A stretch of DNA of 50,201 bases, taken from Octopus bimaculoides. Lineage: Eukaryota. The DNA lies in contig NC_068990.1 of assembly GCF_001194135.2 (NCBI RefSeq), forward strand, positions 71,929,915 through 71,980,115, in the 5' to 3' direction. A program made the translations under genes and the position numbers. The notes below the pieces were generated by a model, which saw nothing but the letters and a program-made list of their open reading frames with translations, ran no database searches and was not told the origin of the DNA. Positions 37,624 through 49,945 of the stretch are shown piece by piece. The first letter of the stretch is position 1. The number at the start of each line of letters is the position of its first letter.

Positions 37624-37649
37624 CTTTTCCCTTTGAGGCCTTATATGTC
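37624..37649 (-). CDS. Candidate 26-nt exon, phase-compatible with 35887-36037
   Basis: TTGTCTAATATTAG|GACATATAAGGCCTCAAAGGGAAAAG|GTGAGT; reads TYKASKGK-(E). Confidence 0.25.
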
Positions 37650-38191
37650 CTAATATTAGACAATTTTCTTTAGTCAATACACAGTGATTGCTTATAAGCT
37701 TTAAACTTACAAAATATTATTATTAAAGGTAGTAAGCTGGGAGAATAGTTAGCATACTGGGCGAAATGCTTAGTGGTATTCTATTGAGGTCAACTTTGCC
37801 TTTCATCCTTTTAGGGTTAATAAATTAAGAACTAATGAAACACTGGGGTCGATGTAATTGACTAGTTCCTTCCCCCAAATTTCAGGCCTTGTGCCTATAG
37901 TAGGAAAGATTATTATTATTATAGATATATATATTGGTGACACCACATTAAAAGCACCAGCTCTGTAAAGTGGTTGATATTAGAAAGGTAATCCAGCTGT
38001 AGAAACCATGCCAAAACAGGCAATTGGAGCCGAGTGCAGCAATCTGGTCTCCTAGCCAATCAAACCATCCAATCCATGCCAGCCTGGAAAATAGACATTA
38101 CAGGATGATGATGATATACGTATATATATATATATATATATATTTATATCTATATCTATCTATATCTNNNNNNNNNNATATATATATATAT

Positions 38192-38228
<37 letters not shown>

Positions 38229-38255
38229 CAGATAGATAGATAGATAGATAAATAT

Positions 38256-38690
38256 ATCACCACCTCATTCCAGTTCTTCCTGGGTCTACCACTTCCACAG
38301 GTTCCCGCCACTGTTAGAGTGTGACACTTTTTCACACAGCTGTCCTCATCTATACGTAACACACAATCATGCCAGCGCTGTCATCTCTCTTGCACACCAC
38401 ATCTGATGCTTCTTATGTCCAGCTTTTTTCTCAGGGTGCTTACACTCTCTCGTGTATGTACAGTGACATTACACATCCAGTGGAGCATTACTAGCTTCAT
38501 TTCTTGCAAGTTTACGCATGTTCTCAGCAGTCACAGCCCATGTTTCACTGCTGTATTGCATGGCTGTTCACACATATGCATCATACAGTCTACCTTTCAC
38601 TCTGAGTGAGGGGCTCTTTGTTACCAGCAGAGGTAGGAGCTCTCTGAACTTTGCTCAGAGTATTCTTATTCTAGCTGCTACACTCCCATT
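38256..38690 (-). mobile_element. RTE-BovB-type LINE, RT C-terminal fragment
   Basis: AKFRELLPLLVTK...KGRLYDA...SSETWAVTAE...MLHWMCNV...LRKKLDIRSIRCGVQER..RW..VLRIDEDSCVKKC...GRPRKNW. Confidence 0.9.
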
Positions 38691-39459
38691 ATTGGTAAAA
38701 ACTTATGCAAAATGTTTTTTTATGATTATAAGCATAATTAAGGGATCAGCAAAAGTTGCTTCACCACATACCGAAATTTAGAAATAGCAGTTAAAATACT
38801 GATTCTTCTACTACAATATGTCTCCCCAGATAGCCATACTTGTAACTCACATAGGCAAAAAAGAAGAAAAAATAACGAAACCAACCAGCCTTAGTTAATC
38901 ATGTATGCGTTTTGGGATTAGAATGGTATAAAATTCATTTCCTTNNNNNNNNNNCATGTATGCGTTTTGGGATTAGAATGGTATAAAATTCATTTCCTTC
39001 TTCAGCATGATATTCTAGATTATAAATTTGAAAATGCTGACAAAACCATGCATGCTCGATCAGGTGACATCAAACATCACATAAGAGAAACAGGAATTCC
39101 GAATTTATATAGACGAGTAAGTCCGTATCCATCCTCAAGTTCACCATGTGCGTCACAAGTAGTACCACAGAAAATCTGCAGTTTACTATCAGGGGTTGAA
39201 TTATCATTATAGATATAGGGTAAAGAATTATTAATTTATTAATAAATTAATAATTAATAATTTTACCAAGTATTTCGGCATGAGAAAAAAACCCATTATT
39301 GGTAAAAACTTATACAAAAAGCTTTTTTATAATTATGAACATAATTAAGGGATCAGCAAAAGTTGCTTCACCACATACCGAAATTTAGAAATAGCAGTTA
39401 AAATACTAAATCTTCTACTACAATATATCTCCACAGATAGCAATACTCATAACTCACAT
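38685..39459 (+). repeat. 168-bp direct repeats (38685-38852 and 39292-39459), 607-bp period
   Basis: Both read CCCATTATTGGTAAAAACTTAT...CACCACATACCGAAATTTAGAAATAGCAG...AACTCACAT with scattered substitutions. Confidence 0.9.
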
Positions 39460-39464
39460 GATTT

Positions 39465-40259
39465 AAGAGGAAAACTGTGTATAAGAGGCATCAGATGTTA
39501 TATGCAAGACAAACTGCATTGGTTTGGTCATATGATGCGTAGGGATGAGGACAGTTAACATAAAGAATTGCCAAGCTTTTATTGTGGAGGGCATCTCAGT
39601 GGGGGTAAACCCAGGAAGACATGGGACAAAGTGGTGAGAAAGAATCTTCAGATGCTGGGCCTCACTGAGGAAATGACAAGGGACTGGGAGATGTGACATT
39701 TTGCTGTACTTGAAAAGCTAAGTAAAATGCCAAGCTAAGTAAAATCGCTATCTTCCATACAAATAAGCTTGTTCTTTTAGGTGCTGGTGCCACTTAAAAA
39801 GCACTTGGGCTGATGGTACGTAAAAAGCACCCAGCACACTCTACTAAGTGGTTGGTGTTAGGAAGAGCACCCAGCTGTAGAAACAATAGCACAACAGACA
39901 GTTGCAGTTTGGACAGCACCCTGCTAGCCAGCTCCATGTCAAACAGTACAACCTATGCCAGCATGGAGAGTGGATGTTAATGGTGATGACGATAATGATG
40001 ATGATGATATATATATATATATATATATAACACCGATCATGGGCATTACCAGTCTCCTCTGGCCCCTGTGCTGGTGGCACGTAAAAAGCACCCACTACAT
40101 GCACAGAGTAGTTGGTGGTAGGAGAGGCATCCAGCTGTAGAAACACTGTCAGATCAGACTGGAGCCTGGGGCAGCCTCCTGGCTACCCAGACCCCAGTTG
40201 AACCGTCCAACCCATGCCAGCATGGAAAATGGATGTTAAACGATAATGATGATGATGAT

Positions 40260-40260
<1 letters not shown>
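39465..40260 (+). mobile_element. RTE LINE 3' end with duplicated 3' tail
   Basis: IRGIRCYMQDKLHWFGHMMRRDEDS...GKPRKTWDKVVRKNLQMLGLTEEMTRD, followed by two family C tails each ending in (GAT)n. Confidence 0.85.
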
Positions 40261-40338
<78 letters not shown>

Positions 40339-41014
40339 GCTAACATGCATACGCATAAAATTACTAGATGAAATGAATACTTTTTACTTTCATTTGAATA
40401 CCCAGATACGCACATACATTTGAATGTGTGTTTGTGTGTGTGTGTGTGTGGGGGGGTGTATGAGGGGTTAATAGCATTATCTTAATTTTATACATGTATG
40501 ATTTTTGTTCGAAATGAAAGATTTTAGAATTAAAAAAAAATTGAACAAATGAAAGTGAAATGGGAAAAAGAAGAGAAAGAAAGCCAGGGAAACTGTTTTT
40601 TTTCTGAAAGAATTAAAGACTTAAAGAGCATTGAAATTAAATGGACTGTATGAAGTTGATAATTTAAATACCTTTGGCCTTTCAATAGAAATTATTGCAT
40701 TTATTTTCTTTAGAATTAAAAAAAAGAACATTTTCATCAAACTTCAATACATGTAATTCTCAATAACAAAATACCGATATTAATCCAAAATAAAATCTAT
40801 ATTTCAATAACAACTCAACGCACAGAATTCAGGTTATAATTTCTATTTACAGAAATATATTTCAGAAAAATCTTAATGATTTCAGCAAAAGAAAATCGAA
40901 TTCTTGAAATATAAGAATTATATTTAAAAAAAAAGACCAAAAAACAAAACAAACACACATATACATATATTTTGTTGACATAAGAATTTCATAAACTTTT
41001 AGGAAAATGTGAAG

Positions 41015-41275
41015 TAATTTTGTATTGGAACAGTGGATTGCAAAGGTACATATAACTACAGATAATAGCATGTAGATATTCATTGAAAAACCCTTTTGGA
41101 CAGGACAAGTTAAAGGCTGCTTGTGGGACATGAACCCACAGACATGGCAGGTAATCCATCACACAAAACAATTCCTTGAATCTTTCTATCGATTTTAGGA
41201 AGTTTATTGTTATAGAAAAGAATTGTATGTTGTAGATGTCACAAGAATTCTGGCCAGTTATATGCCATAACAAAA
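41015..41275 (+). mobile_element. Probable decayed piggyBac transposase fragment
   Basis: WIAKVHITTDN...ACGT/MNP...TRILASYMP*QK resembles HITTDNFFTS...GTMRKNR...LTLVSYVPKK. Confidence 0.5.
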
Positions 41276-41522
41276 AATAAATATAACAAATATAATAATA
41301 CATACTAATATTAATTATTACCTCCACCAAAGAAGGAGGTTATGTTTTCATCGGCGTTTGTTTGTCCGTCTGTCCGTCTGTTAGCAGTTCAGAAAAGAGG
41401 AAAAAATGTACTGGGATCAATTCATTTGACTAAAAATTCTTGAAGTTGGTGCCCCAGCATTGCCACAGTCCAGTGACTGAAACAAGTGAAAGATAAAAGA
41501 TAAAAGAAAAGACATGTATATA

Positions 41523-43238
41523 TCTTAATATATAAAGCTGAAGTTGTGTGTCTGTGTGAAGCCTTTTTAAAAGTTTATAGAAATCCACATTTTCCACTTT
41601 TTCGTTAAAATTTTTACATCAATGGAATTTTCTCGATCTGAACTTTCCAGTGCAGTAATTAGATTTTTAAAATTCCGTTTACTTTGTGTGATTTAAGAGA
41701 GATTTGGCTGTTGTTTCTAGCAACTTTTATATTTCTTCCCTTCTACCTGGGACAGCGTTCTTACACACGCGCTCAACAGAGAGAGAAAGTGATACATACA
41801 ACGTCATAGATTAAACTTTCTTCTCAGTATTCTTTACCTATTTTTCATAACANNNNNNNNNNNNNNNNNNNNNNNNNNNNNNNNNNNNNNNNNNNNNNNN
41901 NNNNNNNNNNNNNNNNNNNNNNNNNNNNNNNNNNNNNNNNNNNNNNNNNNNNNNNNNNNNNNNNNNNNNNNNNNNNNNNNNNNNNNNNNNNNNNNNNNNN
42001 NNNNNNNNNNNNNNNNNNNNNNNNNNNNNNNNNNNNNNNNNNNNNNNNNNNNNNNNNNNNNNNNNNNNNNNNNNNNNNNNNNNNNNNNNNNNNNNNNNNN
42101 NNNNNNNNNNNNNNNNNNNNNNNNNNNNNNNNNNNNNNNNNNNNNNNNNNNNNNNNNNNNNNNNNNNNNNNNNNNNNNNNNNNNNNNNNNNNNNNNNNNN
42201 NNNNNNNNNNNNNNNNNNNNNNNNNNNNNNNNNNNNNNNNNNNNNNNNNNNNNNNNNNNNNNNNNNNNNNNNNNNNNNNNNNNNNNNNNNNNNNNNNNNN
42301 NNNNNNNNNNNNNNNNNNNNNNNNNNNNNNNNNNNNNNNNNNNNNNNNNNNNNNNNNNNNNNNNNNNNNNNNNNNNNNNNNNNNNNNNNNNNNNNNNNNN
42401 NNNNNNNNNNNNNNNNNNNNNNNNNNNNNNNNNNNNNNNNNNNNNNNNNNNNNNNNNNNNNNNNNNNNNNNNNNNNNNNNNNNNNNNNNNNNNNNNNNNN
42501 NNNNNNNNNNNNNNNNNNNNNNNNNNNNNNNNNNNNAGAATAAAAGAATAAAATTATTATTTCATTCAAAAATTGATGAGTTTTTAGTGATGACTTGAAA
42601 TGGTAAATATTTTTTCTAACTGTATTTGCTTGAAAAAATATACTTTTCTTTATATTAAGCAATTCATTATAATTACTTTTACGATGTGCCTAAATAAAAA
42701 CCATCGTTATAGATCAGCATTTCTCAACCTTTTTCGCGATTTGGCTTCCCTTGGATATTGAAAAAATTTATTTCGGCTCCCCTGTGTTCATGAAAAATTT
42801 AATCCAGCTTCCCATGTATCTGAGATAGACCGGCCAGCCCATAACAAATCTGACAAAAGGGGGGACCCACAGAACTACCAGCTCACGAACTGCATCTGAA
42901 AGTTGGCACGTCAATTATGCTGCTAAGGAATTTAGATGCTCCAATAATGTGCACCTGAGGAAAGGACAAAGAATGTTGTCTACCAGGAGGCACTCTAATG
43001 ATAACAACGGCAACTTCAACTGCTCCAATTTCAATTCCGCAATTTTTTCATCGTCCTGCCAGCCCACATAAGTCCAGTCTTGCTTTGCTCTCCTTACTAA
43101 CTCACCATGACATTCTTTTTTTTCTACCAAGATCCGTCACCCAAACACCACTTCGTATCCACTTCTTCCTCTTTTTAATGTCTTCGTTTCTCTCTTCGCA
43201 TCGCTCTCTGACCGGGTGAAACCGGGCTTAGCTGCTAG
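41523..43238 (+). mobile_element. Non-autonomous Helitron with both termini (spans an N-gap)
   Basis: A|TC 5' end. 3' CCGG-GTGAAA-CCGG hairpin 9 nt before CTAG|T. No target-site duplication. Internal helicase remnant. Confidence 0.8.
42866..42958 (+). pseudogene. Helitron PIF1-family helicase fragment
   Basis: PTELPAHELHLKVGTSIMLLRNLDAPIMC matches the conserved P.GLPPH.L.LK.G.P.MLLRNLD...LCNG motif. Confidence 0.85.
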
Positions 43239-43274
<36 letters not shown>

Positions 43275-43722
43275 ATATATAATTTATCTAAGCTGCAAAA
43301 TTATGGCAAAAACTGCAGCTTTAATAAAAGTATATTACTCTATCTGTGGTATTTGAGTACTATTTTTTCTTCTTGTTTTGCACATATGTGCTCATCTGGT
43401 GTGTGTGTGTGTGTGTGTGTATTTCTTTTTTTGTGACAGTGAATCTCAAATAATAACATGTAAATATTGCTTCAAGATATACTGTTCCAAGACAGAATTA
43501 GTTTATAAAACTCTGATGACAGTAAAAACACACAATTCTTGCTCATTAAGTTTCTAGAATTGATAGGGAGATTCAAGGGACTGTTTTGGTCCAGTAATGG
43601 AGTGCTAATCATGCCTATGGAGATATGGTTTCATGACCCACAGACAGCCTTAAGCTTTTTCTGTTCAAAAGGGTTTTCCACACCCAATATTTACATACTG
43701 TAAGTTTCCTTTAAAATTACTT

Positions 43723-44100
43723 TATCTTGGCTTATGCAAAAGCAATTTTAGAAGACATTATGCAAACCATCAGTCTCCTTTCTGGCACATCGATTAAATT
43801 AAATCTACTAAGTTGACTAGCCATGTATAGGGTTTGAAGGCCAACAGCATACGACATACAATCAAGTGGAGAATCATAGAGAAACCCATGCCATATGCAA
43901 ATGGATCTAAGAAGTGCAACTTATGTGTAGTTGAAAGATCACACATTACTTTTAGATCCAAGAATTCTACCACACTATCCCATATCCGAAATCTTCAGAA
44001 AATGCAAGCATATGGACAAATTTCTTTTGTTGAACTGGAGGACACCACCCTCTCCAGACTGAGCATCTGCCTTGCAGATTTTTGGACCCCTCTCCATTGA
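43723..44100 (+). mobile_element. Penelope-like (Neptune-type) GIY-YIG C-terminal fragment with stops
   Basis: YLGLCKSNFRRHYANHQSPF...STKLTSHV*GLKANSIRHTIKWRIIEKPMPYANGSKKCNLCVVERSHI. Confidence 0.85.
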
Positions 44101-44199
44101 ATTATTCTAAAACAATTAGTTAATTTCAACTTCCACAGTCAAAGAGTATGTAACTCAAAATTTTTTTCTTTTCTTTCTTTTCTTTTCCATTTTTATTAT

Positions 44200-44353
44200 T
44201 ATTATTATTATTATCATCATCATCATTATTATTATTATTATTGTTCAGGTCACTGCTTGGAATCGAACTCGTAATCTTGGGGTTAGTAGCCCGTGCTCTT
44301 AACCACTACGCCATATGCCCATGGGCATATGGCGTATTGGTTAAATATAGAAC
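44200..44353 (-). mobile_element. Second tRNA-Arg-like head (44320-44248) plus (AAT)n, joined head-to-head with a short deleted copy on the plus strand
   Basis: GGGCATATGGCGTAGTGGTTAAGAGCACGGGCTACTAACCCCAAGATTACGAGTTCGATTCC on minus. Plus strand 44323-44353 reads GGGCATATGGCGTATTGGTTAA-ATATAGAAC. Confidence 0.75.
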
Positions 44354-44593
44354 CGAAGAATATTATTGAGAGCGACTTCAAAATTTCAGTCAGTTAAGCC
44401 ATTGTCGGATTGCAGTCTAATGATGGCAGTCTAATGATGGCAGTCCAACGATGGCTTAACTGGCCAAAAGTTTGAAGTCACTGTCAATGATATTCTAGTT
44501 TAAGATTAATAAATGTGTACTATACAAAAGCATAGAGTAATCTATCAGATTAATGTAAAATTGTTTTTATTATAACTGAACATAAAAACAACA

Positions 44594-44650
<57 letters not shown>

Positions 44651-45139
44651 TAGATAGATAGATAAATAGATAAATAGATAGATTGGTAGATATTTAGATA
44701 TACACATGTATATATGGATGGACAGACTCACACATACATAAACATATATATGCAAATTCTCTTTGCTTAAATTTATTCATTCAAACTTATACACACATCT
44801 CCCAGTATATGACTATAAGCCACAGGTCATATACTGGGAGTGAAGGAATAAACAAATCAACAAAAATGAAAAACAACGGCAGAAGAGGAATTCTGGCAAA
44901 ATGCTCTGGAATAATAGAAGGAAAACAGAGATTATAAAACGAAATGTAATCTGGATCAATGAAATGAGTCACATTACATGTTGTACTGGTTAAATATTGT
45001 AGATCCGAGACTGTCTGGGCCTTGCTGACCAGCTGACGAAGAATACTCACTAGTGGCATTCTTCTATGATGGGTTTGATGAGGTGCTCTCTATGTGGTAG
45101 GTCGAAATGCTAGAAATAGCAGATAAATCTCCCTCAAAT

Positions 45140-45174
<35 letters not shown>

Positions 45175-45269
45175 AAAAACAAATAAAAATGAATACATTT
45201 AATATTTATGAGTACTGTAAATGAAAAATGTAGGAGTAGTCATGTCTGAAATGCCTTTAATTATATGTC

Positions 45270-45474
45270 AGATCATCATCAACAACAACAACAACAGCAT
45301 TAATGATGACAAGCCTATGTACACAAGATAAAAAGGAAGAAAAATGTAAAATTATACGAGTAGGGATGATGATGATGATGATGATAGTGTTGATGATAAC
45401 TATAGTGATAGTGATGAGGATAATGCTACTGCTGCTGCTGCTGCAACTGCTGTTGATTATGATGATGATGATGG

Positions 45475-45518
<44 letters not shown>

Positions 45519-45674
45519 GTGATAGTGGTGGACATGGTAATAATGACAATGTTGTAAATGGTGATGATGATGTTGGAGGTGGTGGTGGTGGCAGTGATGC
45601 TGGTGGTAGTGATGATGGTTGTGGGGGTAGTTGTGGTGTTGTTGGTGGTGATGGCAGTGATGATGCTAGTGGTG
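45270..45674. repeat. (GAT)n/(GGT)n/(GCT)n compound microsatellite
   Basis: Direct reading. Confidence 0.95.
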
Positions 45675-46033
45675 NNNNNNNNNNNNNNNNNNNNNNNNNN
45701 NNNNNNNNNNNNNNNNNNNNNNNNNNNNNNNNNNNNNNNNNNNNNNNNNNNNNNNNNNNNNNNNNNNNNNNNNNNNNNNNNNNNNNNNNNNNNNNNNNNN
45801 NNNNNNNNNNNNNNNNNNNNNNNNNNNNNNNNNNNNNNNNNNNNNNNNNNNNNNNNNNNNNNNNNNNNNNNNNNNNNNNNNNNNNNNNNNNNNNNNNNNN
45901 NNNNNNNNNNNNNNNNNNNNNNNNNNNNNNNNNNNNNNNNNNNNNNNNNNNNNNNNNNNNNNNNNNNNNNNNNNNNNNNNNNNNNNNNNNNNNNNNNNNN
46001 NNNNNNNNNNNNNNNNNNNNNNNNNNNNNNNNN

Positions 46034-46068
<35 letters not shown>

Positions 46069-46914
46069 ACAAGGCACAATGGGGATAATTTAGTTTAGCT
46101 TTGGAAGCCAGTTATATCCCTTAGTGAATTAAAGCTCTTTAAAACCTTGTTGAAAGATGGAGGTCTCTAAACTGGGTACATTGTAGTCACTTAAAATTAC
46201 TTGACTTCATTAATTTTATTTTATTTAATTCAGTTCATATTTTATATTATCTCTGTTTCAACTAAAAAAACATATTTTTATCTGAAAGAAAAAGAAAAAA
46301 AACACATCATTTAAAGTTTTTTCCAATTAAGAAAATAATTAGATTTATTTAAAAATAAATTTCATTATTAAATGTAAAAGGTTTAATTTAATATTATATT
46401 TTCTTTTTAAATGTAAACTAGATACAAATTAAAACTTTTTGTGGTTGTCTTATTTATTTATTTATCTTTCTTTTATTTTTTTTTTTATCGTTTGCTTGTT
46501 TCAGTCATTAGAGTGCAGTCATGCTGGGGCATCTCCCTGACTGATTTTGTCAAACAATTGGCACGAGTACTCATTATTTTTCAAGCCTGGTACTTAGACT
46601 ACTGATTTCTATTAATGAACTGTTACAGGGGCATAAACAAACCAAAACACCCCCCACACACACATTTATATTTATACCAGCAATGCATCCCGGTGTTGCC
46701 CAGGTGTTATGACCTACAGCTACATTGTATTATATGTTCCTTTCTTATGGGCAGAATTGACACAGCTGATATATAGTGAACTGGATTACTGGCATAATGG
46801 AAGTTATGATTTGTTTAAAAGTGAAGGAGAGAGGGTACAATTTGCTTGGGTTTTCATGAAAGTGCTTTCAGTTCTTAAGAAGGATTACAAACTATGTATT
46901 ATTTCATTGTATAA

Positions 46915-47590
46915 AAGGGGATTAATATGATTTTGCCCAGAAATCATGTTCTCAAAATTTTAATTTCTTCCTGTCCCCACTTCAATTTTTTAATTTGTAA
47001 CTTGTTTCAAATTTTTATTTTTATGTACATAGAAAAATACAGAGATTATGAATCTGGGAAATACATTTTTTTTTAAGTTTAATTTTTCTTAAAGAAACAC
47101 TCAATGCCCCTTCCCCCATCTTGCCCACCCATCACCTACCCACTTTCAAAAAGCTAAAGCCACCCAATCCCAATGTTTCACTTTCATCTGATGTTTCCCG
47201 CATGTATAGAATTGTACTGAAATAGCTGACGTAAAAAATTCCAGACCACCACCACTAGGGAATCCGACATGCTAGAAACAACAGATTAACGACATTATTT
47301 CTGAAGAAGCTTCCTTGCTTTCCAAAAAGCTAAAAGTGAAACATTGGGAGTTTGTAGCTTTTTGAAAGTGATGAGGTGATGGGTGGATGTTTGTGAAGGA
47401 GATTTTAGTGTTTCCTGATGAAAAAAAGGAAGAAGAAAATTGTTAAAGGTTCATACTCTTTATTTTTTCTTTGTGGTTTACCAAGAAAAAATTTGGAAAA
47501 AAGTTTTAAAAAATGAAGAAATTGGGGTGGGAAGAGGAAAATTAAAATATTGAGAACATGTTTTGTGGGTGAAATCCTAATCTCCTGTAT
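46915..47590. repeat. Long imperfect inverted repeat (~270-bp arms, ~145-bp spacer)
   Basis: 46915-46990 pairs with ~47510-47588 (CATGTTCTCAA.ATTTTAATTT). 47128-47188 pairs with 47335-47390 (CCCATCACCT...CACTTTCAAAAAGCTA...TCCCAATGTTTCACTTT). Confidence 0.8.
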
Positions 47591-47866
47591 TGAAAACATA
47601 GGAATTGCAAGAAATTTAGGGAAAAACTAAGTGGTGAGGAGTGCAAATGTCACCTCGGATATGTTAGAAACAACAGGTAAAGGACAGGATTTCTGGGAAA
47701 ACTTCCTTTTAAGTTTATATCAAAGATCAGATTTTTAAATACACTCATCACAAACACAAATTGCAGAATAAAAAGAGATAATTTCAGTTGGATTTGTGCT
47801 GTAATTTTGCGCAGGTACGCAGTAAGAAATAACATAATTCATGCAGAAATTTGACCTAGAGTGAAG

Positions 47867-47914
<48 letters not shown>

Positions 47915-48299
47915 ATGCGTGTGTGCATGTATGTGCCAAAGGTAGTAATTTTTTGGCATTCTTTTGTTTGAAGCAGCAAAGTTGTCAACTTGATCATATG
48001 GTTAATCATGTGAGATCATATGATAGTCCGTTAATTTTTGTAAAAATTTTTTATTTCTTTATGCATTGAAGAGAGCAGAAATTGAAAGAGAGGAGAAAGT
48101 GAAAAGGTGATATTTGCTTTGATGTGATAGCAGAAAGTGAAAAAGAGGAGAAAGTGAAAGATGTTTGTATGTGTATATGGAATGGATGTGTATGTGTGTG
48201 TGTGCATGTGTGTGTGTGTTTGAGAGAGAGTGAGTTAATGAGTGAGCAAAGGTGCGTGTTTGTCATATGTAATTTTTTGCTAGTATGTGTAAGTGGCAC

Positions 48300-48340
<41 letters not shown>

Positions 48341-48931
48341 CACACACATACACACACACAAACATTAGCTTTCATATACACATACATAAATATGTATGCA
48401 TACACCTGTCTTGTATGTATTTATGTGTATGTGAGAGAGAGAGATAGTGAGTGACTGTATTTTGTCATAACATAGAGAAATGGATGTTTTTTAATGAAAT
48501 TTGTTTTGGTTATGGCTTATTTTAATACAATGTTTATGTGCTCATGTTCATAAATGTTTGTGAGTAAAATTCTACACATGAGTGAAACATATATGTATAT
48601 AAATACACAGGCACTCAGTCATACACTGACACATACACAGATACTCAGAGCCCCACCTATACAGCTATGCACACAATCATTCATTTATTTTACATCGACT
48701 TTTCCAATGCTGGCATGGGTTTCACAAGGCTTCTTAAGGCAGTATTCTATAACTGGATATCCTTCTGGCTGTCAGCCTTCACTTGTTTCTAAACAAGCTA
48801 CTTATTCCAATGGTCTTCACAAGCCATACTGCTGTATACTTGACATTTTGTTTATGTAGAAGAGAATACGACCACTGCTCAAGTGATGCCAAAGTAAAGT
48901 CTTGCAAAAGAGAAAGGGAGAGAGAGAGAGA

Positions 48932-48967
<36 letters not shown>

Positions 48968-49088
48968 AACACAATAAAACCAAAAACAACTAAAACTACC
49001 AACACATCCTATACCTACCTATCAAATGGGAGATATCTAAATAGTGACACCTACTTACAAAGTTCTACATATAGGAATAAAATCTGAA

Positions 49089-49480
49089 CGAGTGGCTGTG
49101 TGGTAAGTAGCTTGCTTACCAACCACATGGTCCTGGGTTCAGTCCCACTGCGTGGCACCTTGTCTTCTACTATAGCCTCAGGCCGACCAAAGCCTTGTGA
49201 GTGGATTTGGTAGACGGAAACTGAAAGAAGCCTGTCATATATATGTATATATATATTTATGTGTGTGTGTGTGTGTGTGTTTGTGCTTCTATGTTTGTCC
49301 CTCCAGCATCGCTTGGCAACCGATGGTGGTGTGTTTACATCCCTGTAACTTAGCGGTTCGGCAAAAGAGACTGATAGAATAAGTACTAGGCCAACAAAGA
49401 ATAAGTCCTGGGGTTGATTTTCTTGACTAAAGGTGGTGCTCCAGCATGGCCACAGTCAAATGACTGAAACAATTAAAAGA
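49089..49480 (+). mobile_element. Well-preserved full-length family B tRNA-derived SINE
   Basis: GAGTGGCTGTGTGGTAAG..., GGTTCAGTCCC B-box-like motif, internal (AT)/(GT)n and 3' GGTGCTCCAGCATGGCCACAGTCAAATGACTGAAAC. Confidence 0.9.
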
Positions 49481-49818
49481 GTAATACCAATACCCCAAAT
49501 TTAATCCATTAAAATTCCTCCAAAATACCTCTCCATAACAAACCACCCTGAAACTTAATTACCACTCCACTCAAACCCACATACCTAAGGAAAATTTTAA
49601 CTCAACAGAGACTATATAAAGCCAAGGTTGATTTCTCTGCACCACAATCTGATAATGGCTTAACTGGCTGAAACTGTGGAGTCACTATCAATGATATTCT
49701 TGTTTAAGAATAATCTATTTGTGCTCTATAAAAGTGTAGTGTAACCCATCAAATTAATGTAAAATTGTTTTTCTTATAATAGAACAAAAAAAACAAACAT
49801 ACATACACACACTCACAC

Positions 49819-49819
<1 letters not shown>

Positions 49820-49869
<50 letters not shown>

Positions 49870-49945
49870 ATCCGTCTGTCCGTCCGTCCGTCCGTCCGTC
49901 TGTCTGTCTGTCTGTCTGTCTGCCTATCTATCTATCTATCTATCT
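49820..49945. repeat. Compound tetranucleotide microsatellite (ATCT)n-(GTCC)n-(GTCT)n-(ATCT)n
   Basis: Direct reading. Confidence 0.95.

Noticed and set aside
41076-41150. Apparent exon IFIEKPFWTGQVKGCLWDMNPQTWQ
   Set aside because: The surrounding frame with stops fits a decayed piggyBac transposase better.
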